Assembly (NCBI RefSeq): GCF_003918875.1
Contig: NW_025764891.1
Coordinates: 7,750,001-7,814,000, forward strand
Source of the DNA: Haliotis rubra
Taxonomy: Eukaryota
DNA length: 64,000 nt
Reading direction: 5' to 3'
Every line of letters starts with the position of its first letter. Position 1 is the stretch's first letter. This document shows positions 27,806 to 41,670 of this stretch, one piece after another. The notes beneath the pieces are model-generated. The model saw nothing but the letters and a program-made list of their open reading frames with translations, was not told the origin of the DNA and searched no databases. The position numbers and the translations under genes are program-made.

Positions 27806-28144
27806 CAGGACTGTTACGATTCACTTAAAATGACATTAATAATTTGGTGCCATACAAATCTTGATAACAAATACATTTTATAAAAATAATGACATGTTAT
27901 CAACCAATATATTTTCTGAAAGTATATACAAAATTTCTTCTGTTAATGTTTAAATGCCACAAAATTAGTAAACATATTTTTGTTTGGATTTTTATGATGG
28001 CATACATCACTTTAACATGTTAACAATTTCTTGCAATATATATGATAAAATTTAACTTGCACATTGGCAATATTTTAGTCACATGATACAACATCATGAT
28101 CTTATGTTTTTTATACCTTAACAAAGTGAATCGTGACAGTGCTA
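27806..28144. mobile_element. hAT-like MITE
   Basis: Termini caggactgttacgattcact and agtgaatcgtgacagtgcta, imperfect TSD gttcaaac/gttcaagt. Confidence 0.65.
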
Positions 28145-28981
28145 GTTCAAGTGTTTGGCAAACCGTTAACTCACAACTGAATACAACTCAAAGCAAACCT
28201 ACTGACCTATCTTTTTCCTGACTGGAACAAAAATATATAAATACAAAATTCACAACTAAAATAAGACAACAAATACAACAATACAAACAAAAGGGCAAAA
28301 CAAACAAACAGGAAACACATTAAGTGACTAAAAAACATAAATGCAGGTGTACACACACTAACTAACCAACCTTTATACATTCAATAACAAGATCTGTCCA
28401 GAAATAGTAATTCTTAGTAGATAAGTCTGTTATAACACAATTACTGTATGTGACCAATGAAAAGCTTGTACTTTCTGCAGATCACCTATTGAATACTGTG
28501 ATTAGTTTAACTGTCAATTCCAGATGTAATAATCACCATGTAACCATGCAATAACATCCTTAAGTCATATCTGAAGTGTGTTATAACAAGAACAAGACTA
28601 CTAATCTGGGCATATTAGATTAAAGTTCTCCCATAAATCTTTCTGGTATCCAACGTCTAAGATCTGTGTAGATTCTATTTAGAATCGGTCCCATGCAGCC
28701 TGTGGTGGTTGTAAGATGCGACCAGATAGATTGCATGATCAGGCTTAGTAACTTGCTTCAATGTCGTTGTACCTTGTCAGCATGGATTGTTGCATATAAT
28801 ATTGATCACTGAATTGTTTCGACTCTAAGCATTACATGCATTTATCATATAGCTGGAATATCATATTGCTGAGTGTTGCATAAAAACAACAAATACAGAG
28901 AGACAAGACCTGTTCTTAATCCAAAGTTTGTATATTTAGATAACTTCCATCTTTGTTGTAGATCACAGTAACCATACTCAC

Positions 28982-29078
28982 CATTGTCATCCAAATCAAA
29001 GTCGTCCACCGACAGCTTCTCATGACCGTATGCCACAAATATTGTTTCATCACTGAAGAAGTCTGCCAGACAACACAC
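28982..29078 (-). CDS. DCLK: DCLK exon, 97 nt, C-terminal part of the second doublecortin domain, VCCLADFFSDETIFVAYGHEKLSVDDFDLDDN(E)
   Basis: ttgcAG acceptor and GTGAGT donor. Clear similarity to DCX/DCLK1 V.CL.DFFGDDD.FIACGPEKF...DDF.LDE.E. Phase 0 in and phase 1 out. Confidence 0.95.
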
Positions 29079-29276
29079 CTGCAACGTTAAAGGTGAAGGT
29101 TACAGGGGAAGGTCAATGTTTCAGACAGGGTAATTTTCTAAGACTTTCAAACAGGTTTTCCATACATATGCTGTTTCTTGGTACCGTATTTGCTAAGGTC
29201 ATGCTAATGTTGTTTTCAAGTCTTGATTTTGGGGGGCAAACTATTTTGAGATGATTTTGAGTGAGTTACATTTTAA

Positions 29277-29430
29277 TGAGTGAGTGAGTGAGTTTTAAGC
29301 AATATTCCAGCAATATCATGGCTGGGGACACCAGAAATGGGCTTCACACAATGTGCGCATGTGGGGAATCAGACCCGGGTCTTCCGTGTGAGGAGCGAAC
29401 GCCTTAACCATTAGGTTACCCCACCGCCCC
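29277..29430 (-). mobile_element. SINE family A
   Basis: TSD agttacatttta. Confidence 0.88.
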
Positions 29431-29686
29431 AGTTACATTTTAGGGCTACTTTGGACAGCATTACAGCTATGGCATCATGGAGGATCTGCCTGGAGAATGG
29501 GAGGACATTGGTTTCATAACCTGGCAGCGTAATACCAAAAGACATAAAAAGATGGTATTTGTTGTTTCCCTTCCTGTCCCTTGGTATTAGGGGAAAAATC
29601 AAAGACTAGTTGGTTTGAAGAGGGCATACTGTATCTGGGTGGAGTATCCATGTTGAGCATTAGGCTAAAAAGTGAATTGGGTTAAT

Positions 29687-29772
29687 AGAGTGAGTGAGTG
29701 AGTGAGTGGGTGGAGTGAGGAGTGGTGAGTGAGTGAGTGATGGGTGAGTGAGTGAGTGGGTTGGTGAGTGAG
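29687..29772. repeat. Imperfect (GAGT)n microsatellite
   Basis: Read directly from the sequence. Confidence 0.9.
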
Positions 29773-30569
29773 CAGATTGACCAGAATTGCAATTATATCA
29801 CAGCATGTCAATTATAATGTAAGTTAATGTAAGAAGAAAGCTCAAAGAGGTGCAGGCCTCAGACATTTACCACTAAGGTGAAATCAACAAACATGACAAA
29901 TCTAAAACCTAATCAGGGTGAATCAAGGACAAAGTAGTAAAGAATGAACAGTAGGGTATAACTTAAAAGCCTTGTTTATAATTCCCTAAGCCACTAAACC
30001 ACTTAGCTCATTGTCAAACAACATGTATAATCAATTTCAGATCACTTCTTTATTTCCTATTGAATTACGATCATCACAGATGAGTGGTAGAGCAAGAGAA
30101 TTGCAGTACCCCACAGACAGAATAAATGCATTTTGTAAACAATAAAAAAGCACAGCATGATAACAAAATGACTAGCTGAGTGTTAAAAGTAATTTAATAT
30201 GTCTCTTGACGAAAGCTTTCTGGCAGGTTGTTTGTTGACAATGGCATGTTACTGCACAACAGTATTATCTGAATTGCTATGTAGGACAAACCAGGGCTGT
30301 TTACAAGTATTTATGACACCAGAAGTTTATTGGATCTACTTGACAGTAATAGGTGTAGGTATCTCCAGTCACTATCTTGTTTACAATGTAACGACCTCAT
30401 ATCTTTTACCATCATGTGTTTCTTACACTTATACTACCCTCTAGGAAAGATATCTTCTATTTCTATGGAAATTCTATTTATTTCTTACTCTAAATTGTAC
30501 CTTTAAGTTCAAGAAAACATCTCAGCTGTGGTGTGACATCATACTTTCTATATTACATACCATCAAACT

Positions 30570-30880
30570 TTTATGTCCTTTGTTCCTTTTGTTTATGATG
30601 TCATATCTCTTTTGTCTATTATATAATATGCACTGTTGTTTATGTCACATCCCCATCTGTTTATGAAGTCATATTACACATTGTTGACAACTGTTTATAT
30701 CATCCTTTGTTTATGATGTCATATCTTCCCTTTGTTTATGATGTCATATCTTCCCTTTGTTTATCTTCCCTTTGTTTATGATGTCATATCTTCCCTTTGT
30801 TTATGATGTCATGTCACACATTGTTTACATCTTATCCTGTTGATGATGTTATATCTAACTTTGCTTATGATGCCATTTCT
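30570..30880. repeat. Degenerate ~25-bp minisatellite
   Basis: Repeats of tttgtttatgatgtcatatcttccc. Confidence 0.8.
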
Positions 30881-31180
30881 TCCTAAAGCATCCCTTTTTA
30901 GCATGTCATTTAAGAATTATTTCATTATTCCATGCATGAGCAGTGTAGCCTCATTAATGCTCTAATCCCATTAACATAACAATGTAACATTTAATAAGGT
31001 CTCAGACCTCCCTATAGGGCCAGGCCTGATATCACTGCCTCAGACTGAATATCCTTACAAAGTGATGTCTGCATTGAAACGAAAAGGTTCACCCAGAAAT
31101 CGAATGTTACAGAAATGTATTGTGACATCAGTAAATCCCCCAACAAATACAATGAATAATCAATGAATTATATTTAAAAA

Positions 31181-31343
31181 GAGTGAGTGTGAGTGAGTTT
31201 GTGCCGCTTTTAGCAACATTCCAGCAATATCACAGCTGGGGACACCAGAAATGGGCTTCACACATTGTACCCATTTGGGAATCAAACCTGAGTCTTCAGC
31301 GTGATGATGGAACGCTTTAACCACTAGGCTACCCCACTGTCCC
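31181..31343 (-). mobile_element. SINE family A
   Basis: Matches the family consensus. Confidence 0.85.
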
Positions 31344-31861
31344 ATTAAAGTTTACAATACAAAGGGAAATACAATGGGTGAATTAACAGGCAGCAGCAGC
31401 GTGTGTAACCTGCCCTAGAATAAATGTAAGTGCACTCACAAATGTTCATAATTTTGTCACTGTCTCCACATTTGAGTGCAGCATAGGGTTGGAAGCTGCG
31501 AGGAATTTGGTGTCCACAAATTAGAATTAAAACCACACATGGCATGTTGACAAGATTTTAGGTGAATAATACTGATAATCCTCCTCTTGGTGCTCTTACA
31601 AAACTGACACTGAGCAGTAGAAACTGTCCCATCCACAAATTTTTCAAAAGGTCAAGCCTTCTATGGGCATCAACAAAAGGGCCAGATAACTCCAATCTCT
31701 GTTCCCAAATAACAATCAAACTTAAATATATGTACATACAGTAAACAAAACTGAATCTTCATCTTAACTAAGTCGATTTGTCAGCAACATTGTAGCCATT
31801 GTGTCCCTGATACATCACAATTCCATAATCATTAACTTGGTAGCATTTTACTTAAATGGAT

Positions 31862-32026
31862 AGGTGGTGGGTTAGCCTAGTGGTTAAAGCATTCGCTCAT
31901 CACGCCAAAGACCCAGGTTCAATTCCCCACATGGGTACAATGAGTGAAACCCATTTCTGGTGTCCCCCGCCGTGATATTACTGGATCATTGCTAAAAGCG
32001 GCGTAAAACCGTACTCACTCACTCAC
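31862..32026 (+). mobile_element. SINE family A
   Basis: TSD acttaaatgga. Confidence 0.9.
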
Positions 32027-33283
32027 TTAAATGGAAGTGTTTGTCGCTGTAATTTACTGAAGACTAGAGTATTTCACAAACATTTATGTTTATGTTTAAT
32101 ATAAATTCATAGATAAATAAATACCTGTACATTGTATAAGTAGCAATGATCTTGACCCAACATCGCCACCGTAATTCTCCCACCCTGAAGGTACATAGTT
32201 TTGACTGCCATGTAACTTTACTAACTGAAAACATCTATCTATGGAGCAAGATCATTATCAATTTGAAAGGTTCGGTTACCAAAAATGATGAAACATGGAA
32301 TATTAGTTCAGGAGACTTGTTAAAGGAACCTTACTAATGTCTATCCAATGTATGATCACTCAAATCCTAGCCAGTCTGTAGGGCATATAACAATAGCAAT
32401 TATTTGAAGATCAGTCATTACTGAGACTGATGTGTTCTATTAACACCCTTTTGTCTGCCCCTATCCAAACCATGTCGCAGGCAACCGAATGCTAATCTCA
32501 AGCCCCAATAAAACACTATCAATGCAAATGCTAATGAAACACAACTGGTCAATCGATAACCAATGAGAACTACTAAACACTGACAAGCACCTGTCAGACT
32601 GATAGTGATTTATTAGCCACCTCAAAAGATCAAATCTTCCAATGATTTTTTTGCTATCTGCTTGTTCAATGGGTCAAATTGCCAAGTAACTAAACTCTAC
32701 CACTTGGACTAGACAAGGCAGCTGTGTATAGTGGACTGTGACTCACGGAAATCAATGGCTGGGTTTGAATCCTGATTGATTGTCCCAAGATTACAAAGAT
32801 CGATGAAGACATAACCCTTTAGGATTACAAATGATTACATTGCTGACATGTCAATGAACTGAAGAGCTCATACAGTTAGAAGAACCAGCGACTATAGGAC
32901 TACAATAGACCATGAGATTGAACAATCTCTGTTTTGTGACTTCAGCCCTGAAAAAAGTGAACTGGGTTAAAAGGGTGATTGAGTGAGTGAGTCAATGAGT
33001 GAGTGAGTGAGTGCACTAACTCTAGCAATGTTTCAGCAATATTAGAATGGAGGGAACCAGAAATGGGCTTCACACATTCTGCCCATATTGGAAATTCAAT
33101 GTAGGCCTTAGACCTTCAATGTACTGAGCAAATGCTATAATCACTAGGCCAGTTCAATGCCAGTGTTTGGTTGGGAGACAGTAGTTCAGTGGTGATAAGG
33201 TGTGTTGCTTTTTGTCCTTATTGGTCAATACACATAATATTCATATATTACATAAGGGGCCATTTCATTTACAGAACTCAGTG

Positions 33284-33616
33284 GTGTTGTGGTTAGAGCG
33301 TCCGCCCGGAGAGTGGAAGGTCGCGGGTTCGATCCCCCGACCGCGTCCTACCAAAAGACCTTAAAATATGGTACTTGTTCGTCCCTGCCTGGCGCTCGGC
33401 ATTAATGGGTACAACAAGGACTGGTCGGCTCGGAGTCAGTATAATGTGTCTGAGTGGGGTATTCATGCTTCACTGCGGCATGGTATCTCAGTGGGCTAGC
33501 ACTATATAACCAGCTTCAGTCTGGGCTAGTACAAGCAGACGCACATACACATACACACGCATGTCATATGAGCGAAATATTCTCAAGCACGAGGTTAAAC
33601 CCAATTTCACCTCACC
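33284..33616 (+). mobile_element. SINE family C (tRNA head, mollusc V-SINE-like core)
   Basis: B box GGTTCGATCC, core GACTGGTCGGCTCGGAGTCAGTATAATGTGTCTGAGTGGGG, (CACCT)n tail, 19-bp TSD tcatttacagaactcagtg. The V-domain assignment is from memory. Confidence 0.85.
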
Positions 33617-34462
33617 TCATTTACAGAACTCAGTGTGTTGGCTGGGATGATACAATTGCTGTTGTCATTTTACTTCATTATCTGGAATACCTATCGTGCT
33701 TATAATTAGAATTGTTCATGCTAGATTTTGTTATGAAAATTTCCTGTACATTTGTCAATATTCAAACAGAAAATGATAGTATTTATAAGTGAATGAATAA
33801 TTGGACCCTTCTTCAATTACTCTGGAAATGTGAAATTCCACAGAAAATAGGGATTTCTGAGATTCATTCTGGATTGATGTTTCTTAATGGGTGAGTGAGT
33901 GAGTGAGTAAGCTGCCAGTTATGCTGTAAACAGTCACAAACCTATTTAAACGTAAGCTTCACATTACTCCAGCAGGTTTACTGTGATCACTGACACATGT
34001 TGGCAAATAAATCAGACTAGGTTGTGGCTAATGTGTTTCTGTAATTCCCTCAAACATAATACCGTTAGTTTGAAAGGGTCATTGAAGTTACCAAACAAGC
34101 CCTGTAACAAAAATGGTATATTTGGTTGATGAAGTTGCTACTGTTATTGCATCATATAACTAATTATGAACTCAGTCAAGTCACAGCATGCAGACATTTA
34201 TGGAGGATTTTAAACAAAGTGCCTTTATGAAACAATCATTTCTTTTGCTCAAGCTTTTCTAGAGTTCTCTTTTTCTTAAATTCATAGATATTTTACAAAT
34301 GTATTTTCAGCATTCAGTGTATTACTCTACAACTAAGTATTAAAGCTTAATCCTCGTATTCATGTTTTTGGCCAATTCTTTGGGAATTATATGATTGGAC
34401 TCCTGAAAATCAGTGGTGACACCAAGAGTTTGTAAAAGAAAACTCAGTTGATACTGAACAGA

Positions 34463-34643
34463 CTGACTGACTGACTGAGTTTGGTTTTACTCCGCTTTTA
34501 GCAATATTCCAGCAACATCACAGCGGGGGACACCAGAAATGGGCTTCACACATTGTGCCCATGTGGGGATTCGAACCCGGGTCTTCAGCGTGAGGAGCCA
34601 ACGCTTTAGCCATTAGGCTACCCAACCGAAAAGTTACCGCCCC
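34463..34643 (-). mobile_element. SINE family A, (CAGT)n-tail subfamily
   Basis: TSD gatactgaacaga at 34450-34462 and 34644-34656. Confidence 0.9.
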
Positions 34644-35546
34644 GATACTGAACAGAAGACAACATGCAATATCATAGTGATTTGAAATATTTATGAGCCA
34701 GAGTGCATTGTGGAAGGGGTTTAGACGTAAAAAATATTACTGTTATTTTTTATCTAAAATAATTAGACAGATGTTGTTCTATAATAATAATTACTTAATA
34801 ATTATCAAAAGACAAAAGCATCCACAAATTCAACAGAACATTGATAACTACCTTGTAATTTGGTTACATCTTATGCCCTGAAAGCACAAATCTCATTAAC
34901 TCCCCACTATTTGAAATTAGTCTCTTTAATACCCAATTTCACATCGTCAGGATTGTCAGGATAACATATTGCATTCAATGTAATTCTCTAAAGACATAAA
35001 ACCCTTCCACACTTCGGTTTTCTGTAACATATAAAAAAAGGTTAATATAGAGGAGTCATATACATTTTCAGTCTTAGTGAATAAGAAAATATTTGAAAGT
35101 TGGGGTAGCTTACCAGAGCCAGTTTCTTAATATGGCAAATACAGTATGCAATAAATATGTCACATGTAACTTCTTAAATGTTGACCTGAATGTTTTCATG
35201 TTATAAGTCCATATAATCAGCTATTAGTCCCAACGTGATTATTGTACAATGAAGCATGGGTGAACTTGACAAATCCTACATGGCCATGACAAATCCTGGG
35301 ATTATTATTGACAGAAACAATATTTTTTTACAACGAGATCAAGTTGACATTGTCAAATGATATTACTGTAACAGTTCATGTCGTTCTGTTCAGGACGCAG
35401 AAATAACAGATTCAAATGATTTCTCCAACTTAAACCAGATTATGGCTGTTACAGAATTCTGTTATAATTTTGCAGTATGACCAACACTTGCACCAGTTTT
35501 ACTTGTCAAAATGACTGTTCAGAAGGCCAGTGCATTTCTAACTCAG

Positions 35547-35826
35547 AGTGTGTGAGTGAGTGAGTGAGTGAGGTCAGTCTTATGCTGCTTTAAGCAATAT
35601 TCCAGGGCCTAGATTTTCGAAGCTCTCTTAGCGCTAAGATAGTCGTAAGTTAATGTTAATGTATGGCACTTACGACTATCTTAGCACTAAGAAAGCTTCG
35701 CAAATCTAGGCCCAGCAATATCACGGAGGGGGATACCAGAAATGGGCTTCATACAATGTACACATGTGGGGAATTGAACACAGGTCTTTGGCGTGATGAG
35801 CAAATGCTTTAACCATTAGGCTACCG
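35547..35826 (-). mobile_element. SINE family A interrupted by a palindromic MITE (duplicated at about 36283-36516)
   Basis: The SINE sequence gcaatattc-cag-caatatc is split by the MITE. Confidence 0.85.
35606..35712. mobile_element. 107-bp palindromic MITE, PIF/Harbinger-like
   Basis: TIR GGCCTAGATTTTCGAAGCTCTCTTAG. A 3-bp CAG TSD is demonstrable because the element interrupts a known SINE sequence. Confidence 0.85.
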
Positions 35827-36296
35827 AGTCAACTGCAAGAACAACAGTGTGACACGATCATAATGGTTTGTTGATCAGTGCTCACTTTTGCTCATGGCTA
35901 CATGAAATAATGCTGAATCGTAAACAGACAAGCATTATTTCTTAAAGATGAAACAACAGACATCCCGACTTCTTTCTGAACACCTGATCCCAGCCTAAGA
36001 AATTCAGTTAATTTATGTGCACCCTCCTTTTTGCAGACACCTTACAAGTTAACTGTGCCTTTAGTCCTTTGTGAGTTTGATCTTATATGCCTTTTTTAAC
36101 ATCCTGGAGGATGTTCGGTAGGTGAGTAGTTAAAGTGTTTGCTCATCATGCTGAAGGTGTCTGTTTGATTCCGCACATGGGCACAAGGTTATGATGTTTC
36201 TGGTTGTATCATCGGGATATTGTTACAATCCTGAGCCTTGTTCCACAAAATGGTGATCGTAAACCATGAGTGAGTGAGTGAGTAAGCAATATTCAG

Positions 36297-36402
36297 GGCC
36301 TAGATTTTCGAAGCTCTCTTAAGCTAAGATAGTCGTAAGTTAATGTTAATGTATGGCACTTACGACTATCTTAGCACTAAGAAAGCTTCTAAAATCTAGG
36401 CC
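36297..36402. mobile_element. Same MITE, copied by the tandem duplication
   Basis: Same flanks as the 35606 copy. Confidence 0.85.
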
Positions 36403-37067
36403 CAGCAATATCACGGAGGGGGATACCAGAAATGGGCTTCATACAATGTACACATGTGGGGAATTGAACACAGGTCTTTGGCGTGATGAGCAAATGCTTT
36501 AACCATTAGGCTACCGAGTCAACTGCAAGAACAACAGTGTGACACGATCATAATGGTTTGTTGATCAGTGCTCACTTTTGCTCATGGCTACATGAAATAA
36601 TGCTGAATCGTAAACAGACAAGCATTATTTCTTAAAGATGAAACAACAGACATCCCGACTTCTTTCTGAACACCTGATCTCAGCCTAAGAAATTCAGTTA
36701 ATTTATGTGCACCCTCCTTTTTGCAGACACCTTACAAGTTAACTGTGCCTTTAGTCCTTTGTGAGTTTGATCTTATATGCCTTTTTTAACATCCTGGAGG
36801 ATGTTCGGTAGGTGAGTAGTTAAAGTGTTTGCTCATCATGCTGAAGGTGTCTGTTTGATTCCGCACATGGGCACAAGGTTATGATGTTTCTGGTTGTATC
36901 ATCGGGATATTGTTACAATCCTGAGCCTTGTTCCACAAAATGGTGATCGTAAACCATGAGTGAGTGAGTGGGTGCATGTGTGAGTGAGTGAGTGGTTTTA
37001 CTCAACTTTTAGCAATATTCCATCAATATTACCTTACCGCCCTCTACAGCTCAGCAAAGAAACTGAT

Positions 37068-37297
37068 TGGTTGGTTTGTTGTTTAACGCTGCAGTCAGCA
37101 ATATTCCAGCTATAATGGTGGTAGCTTGTAAATAATCAAGTTTGGACCAGACAATCAAGTGATCAACAGCATGAGCATCGACCTACACAATGGGAACATG
37201 ATGACAGTGTTAACCACATCAGTGAGCCTGGCCACCCACGCTTTTTATGACAAGCATGGGTTGCTGAAGACCAATTCTAATCTGGATTTTCATGGGT
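37068..37297 (-). mobile_element. SINE-like family B copy
   Basis: Reverse-complement match that includes the 5' end. Confidence 0.85.
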
Positions 37298-39589
37298 AAA
37301 GAAACTCTATGAATGCGTGTGTGAATGACGGTCCTAGTCTCTGTCAGTGTCTTTTTTCAAAGCAAAAAGTCTGAATTGATATATACATGCATTTCTCTGC
37401 TGATTTCGCCGGGAACTACTCTGGGTGCCGGGTCAGTTTATGTGACAGGGACACAGAAATAACAAATATCAATTATAAAAATTAATACAACCGGATACAA
37501 TGACATGCATCAACCAAATCTGGAAGACTGACCAACTAAGTTTCTTCTTACAACAAGCATGGATTGCTGCAGGGAACTTCTAACCTGATCTTTATAGTGT
37601 GACTCTTATACAAGCATGTCATCGTCTCCCAACTGCATAGATCGATGTTCATGCTGTAGATCACTGGACTGTCTGGTCCAGACTTGATTATTTACAGACT
37701 GCTGCCATATAGCTGGAATATTGCTGAGTGTGGTGTAAATTCAGTCACTTATATAAGCTATTAGGTAATGAAAGTATCGGGACGAGCCATAGATGCATCC
37801 AGGGTATAGTGGAGATTTATCGGAACGTATACCCTGGAGATTATCGAAGATGACGTATATTAGCTATTAGACTATTGCAAAAGGAATAGCAATGAAGCAT
37901 CATTCCAGAATGTTCTAGAATTTTCTGTACCATTATATTTATGAAAATCATCGGTGACTGAGATAATTTTTATTAGTCAGAATGCATTATTTTCATTCTC
38001 ATTTAAAAAGGACTCTCTAAAAATTATGCATGCTCTTATTTTAATTGTAATTATTGCCAAAATTTAGCTCAATAAAATTCCATTAGCAGTTAATGTCTTT
38101 TGAAGAAATATAATTATCACATGCCAATTATCTGAATGGATTCTTACTTTATTTGTAAAAAGCCTAGTTCAAGTTAATAATGACAAATTTCATCAAACTA
38201 CAGAGATGCACAAGAAGTCAAGACAATCTTGCAAGAAAATGTGAAACTGTCCTCTTCATCACCATAATATACAGCAATGATATAGGCTGTAAGATATATT
38301 ATGTATACATTAGTTTCAAGACACATCATTTCAGGGTAATTGTGATATAACAGCACAAGAAAAGCTATTATTTATTTAAATTATACATCAGTGTAAAAGA
38401 ATACCTAGTCCCAACCATCATCAGAAACCGATTCCATTTGGTTTAAAAGTGCAAAAGAGCAAAATTTTATGAATGGACTATTGAAAGTCAGTGATGACAC
38501 CATGTGTTTATGAACAGAAACTCAGTTGATATTAAACAGAAGAATAAATTCAATAGCATGGTGATTCAAATTATTTATGAAATGATATGTTCCCAAACAG
38601 AATGATATAATTTAAATATCCCTGAATCATTTGGCATCAGAGTGTACTGTGAAAGGGGATTTTGACTTTAAAATTTTATTAGCATTTTTTATTTAAAATA
38701 ATTAACAGATGCTCTTCTATTATAATTATCACTTAAAATTTGTCCCAAAAAACCCAACCCAAAATCCAATAGAACATTGATAAAAGGTTTGTAATTTGGT
38801 TACACCTTATGCCCTGCGAGTACAAATCTTATTAACTCCCCACTAATTAGTCTCTTTATTACACAATTTCACATTGTCAGGATTGTTGAGAGTTTAGGAG
38901 TCAGGAAAGGGTCACACATTGCATAATCTGCTTCTATGTTATTGCTCAGCAGCTTCTTCTGAAATTGGAATTTTATATTGATCGTCATGGTAACTTTATG
39001 TTATTATGATTTTGACAAAGCAACACAAGAATGCTTTCATCCTGTAACAAATGAAACAATCAGTATGGTTATTTGCTCATTTCTTGGGGAATAACAGCTT
39101 GTATCAAAATCCCTTTTTCAGTGTTTATAATGGTCCAAGGGCGAAAGATATGAAAGTTATTGCTATCTTGAGTGTGTGAACAGATTTGTTAAGATCAGTA
39201 CATTTTTCAAACTGTGCATGAGAACAAACAATAAATATTACACTTATTTTATAGATTTAATGATTTGCTGGAAATGGATACTTAATATTTAATCACACCA
39301 ATCACTCACAAACAATGTTAATATCACCACAATTTGTGAAGTCCTGCGCTGTTGTATTTAAAAACTTGGCATAAAACCATACTCCCCAAATCACTCCCTT
39401 GTCTACTTTAAATATCGGAAACTAATATGATTATGAAATATGTGTATAACCACCCGCAGCTACCTTCATAGCATCCTCAATTATCCAGTTTATCATATCG
39501 CCATTCCATTATGACATACCACCACGGACAGAAGTTAATCTAAAAAGGATGTCAACATCTCCATCTCCCATACCACTAAAGCAGCATAC

Positions 39590-39830
39590 CCTGGGTTAGA
39601 ATTCGTCTTCAGCAACCCATGCTTGTCATAATAGGCGACTAAGAGGATCGGGTGTCAGGCTCGCTGACTTGGTTGATGCATGTCATCGTATCCCAATTGT
39701 GTATATCAATGTTCATGATGTGAGCCACTGGATTGAGCCTCTGGATGTCTGGTTCTTGCTCAAATATTTACAGACAGCTTTCATATAGCTGGAATATTGC
39801 TGAGTGAGCCGTTAAACAATAAACAAACAA
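39590..39830 (+). mobile_element. SINE-like family B copy with (AAAC)n tail
   Basis: Aligns to the 45047 copy. Confidence 0.85.
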
Positions 39831-39943
39831 AAACTAAAGCAGCACAGAATTTCTTTGGTTCATACACTTGAAATTAGCAACCAATCAAAATGTCTTTCAA
39901 ATCAAGTTTAATTTTGTGGCCAGATCATAGCCATTGATATATA

Positions 39944-40032
39944 CTCATGGCAATAATGGTTGTCACCCCCCTCCCCACCCCCTCTCTCCAATAACAAAAA
40001 TTGAAGGGGGCGACAACCATTATTGCCATGAG
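39944..40032. mobile_element. Short hairpin MITE with CTCATGG termini and TA flanks
   Basis: Arms ctcatggcaataatggttgtcacccc and ggggcgacaaccattattgccatgag. Confidence 0.65.
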
Positions 40033-41329
40033 TATATAATAAATTTTCACCATGAGTAAGAAGGAATATCCTCCATTCCTACTTGTATTTGACATGACAG
40101 CAAGGTGCAACCACTACTCAAAATATGGTTAAAATTATGCTTAGAAATTATGGGAAGAGAAGAGGGGTCATTGATTTTGTACATGACATATGACATGCAG
40201 AGAGAGGGGGGGGGGCACTTATTTTGTACATAAATTTTAGGGGGGTCATTCACATTGTACATGCTTCTCCATAAAAATCATCATCACCCCCCTAGCCATA
40301 AATTATGAACGGTCCCTTACTTGACTGGACAACCATTGCTAACACTGCATTGTTCCAAGCAGAATTAACATGAAGCTATGATGCAAATGGGTAGGATGTA
40401 TTTATCATTATAACATAGATAGATTACACCCAGTGATCAAGGAGGCGTTCAAAGGAATTACATGTAAAATATACAATAACTTTGCCCACCGGATTAAGCA
40501 AATGCATTTCGGAGTTTGAGGGCCGCTTTTATTACTGAAAGCAGTTAGGAAACAACTAGAATATGGTTTATACACAAACACTTTCCCTGGGCACTTCAAA
40601 GTTGGTCTGTCGATTTCATGGGACTGAGCAAAATTTGGTTTTGTTGCAATTATTACATTTTGAGCAAGTGAGCAATTCATCGGTCTAAAATGAGATCAAA
40701 CGGACTATAAAAAAGGTTTGAATATAAATGTAGAGTCTTGTTTCCATCAAATAATGACACAACACGAAAAAATGGGAAATTCGTATTGTGTCATTATTTT
40801 GTGGATTTCTTTATAGATGTACTTCTGTACAATACTGAACTTCACCCCTTTATAAATTTATATATTGAGACTAAGTGTTAGTCTGCTGTAACTCCCTCAT
40901 GCCCACTGTAAGAAAAAACACTAAATGCCTCTTCATTTAAACCAGTCTAGTTCCTGCTATACAAGTAATTGTGTCACTTCACAGACACCTAAATGTCATC
41001 TGACAGGCATCCTCACACGAGTCCTCCCATGAGTCCTGAGCAATCAGTGTAAGTTTCCATCGACAGACACAGCTCACATGGGACATGGAGTCAATATCTA
41101 CCACTGCGTAATGGCAGCTTCAGGATGCAATATAAGCAATTTGCCAATTTCCTAAAGGTCTGTTGAACACATTCTCATTTTGTAGTGGGGGTATCCTGTT
41201 AGGCTTGTCAATGGAATAATTGAAGCCCAGGGTATTTCTGAAGGCAGTATTACAGTACACCATGTCTGTGGTTATATCATATATTCGGTTGTCAGCTATA
41301 TTACCATCATATCTTAATTGTCTGTTCTC

Positions 41330-41670
41330 AGCAATATTAGTTATATCACAATGGTGTCTTGTAAGAAATATTACAGTTATATCACAATGGTGTCTTGTAT
41401 TAAATATTACAGTTATATCACAATGGTGTCTTGTATGAAATATTACAGTTATATCACAATGGTGTCTTGTATGAAATATTACAGTTATATCACAATGGTG
41501 TCTTGTATGAAATATTACAGTTATATCACAATGGCGTCCTGAATGAAATATTACAGTTATATCACAATGGTGTCTTTTATGAAATATTACAGATATATCA
41601 CATTGGTGTCTTGAATGAAATATTACAGATATATCACATTGGGGTCTTGTATGAAATATTACAGTTATAA
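41330..41670. repeat. Minisatellite, 36-bp unit, about 9 copies
   Basis: Unit aaatattacagttatatcacaatggtgtcttgtatg. Confidence 0.95.

Larger units (their letters stand above)
35591..36970. repeat. Near-identical tandem duplication with a 690-bp period
   Basis: cccagcaata at 35711 and 36401, followed by near-identical sequence. Confidence 0.95.
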
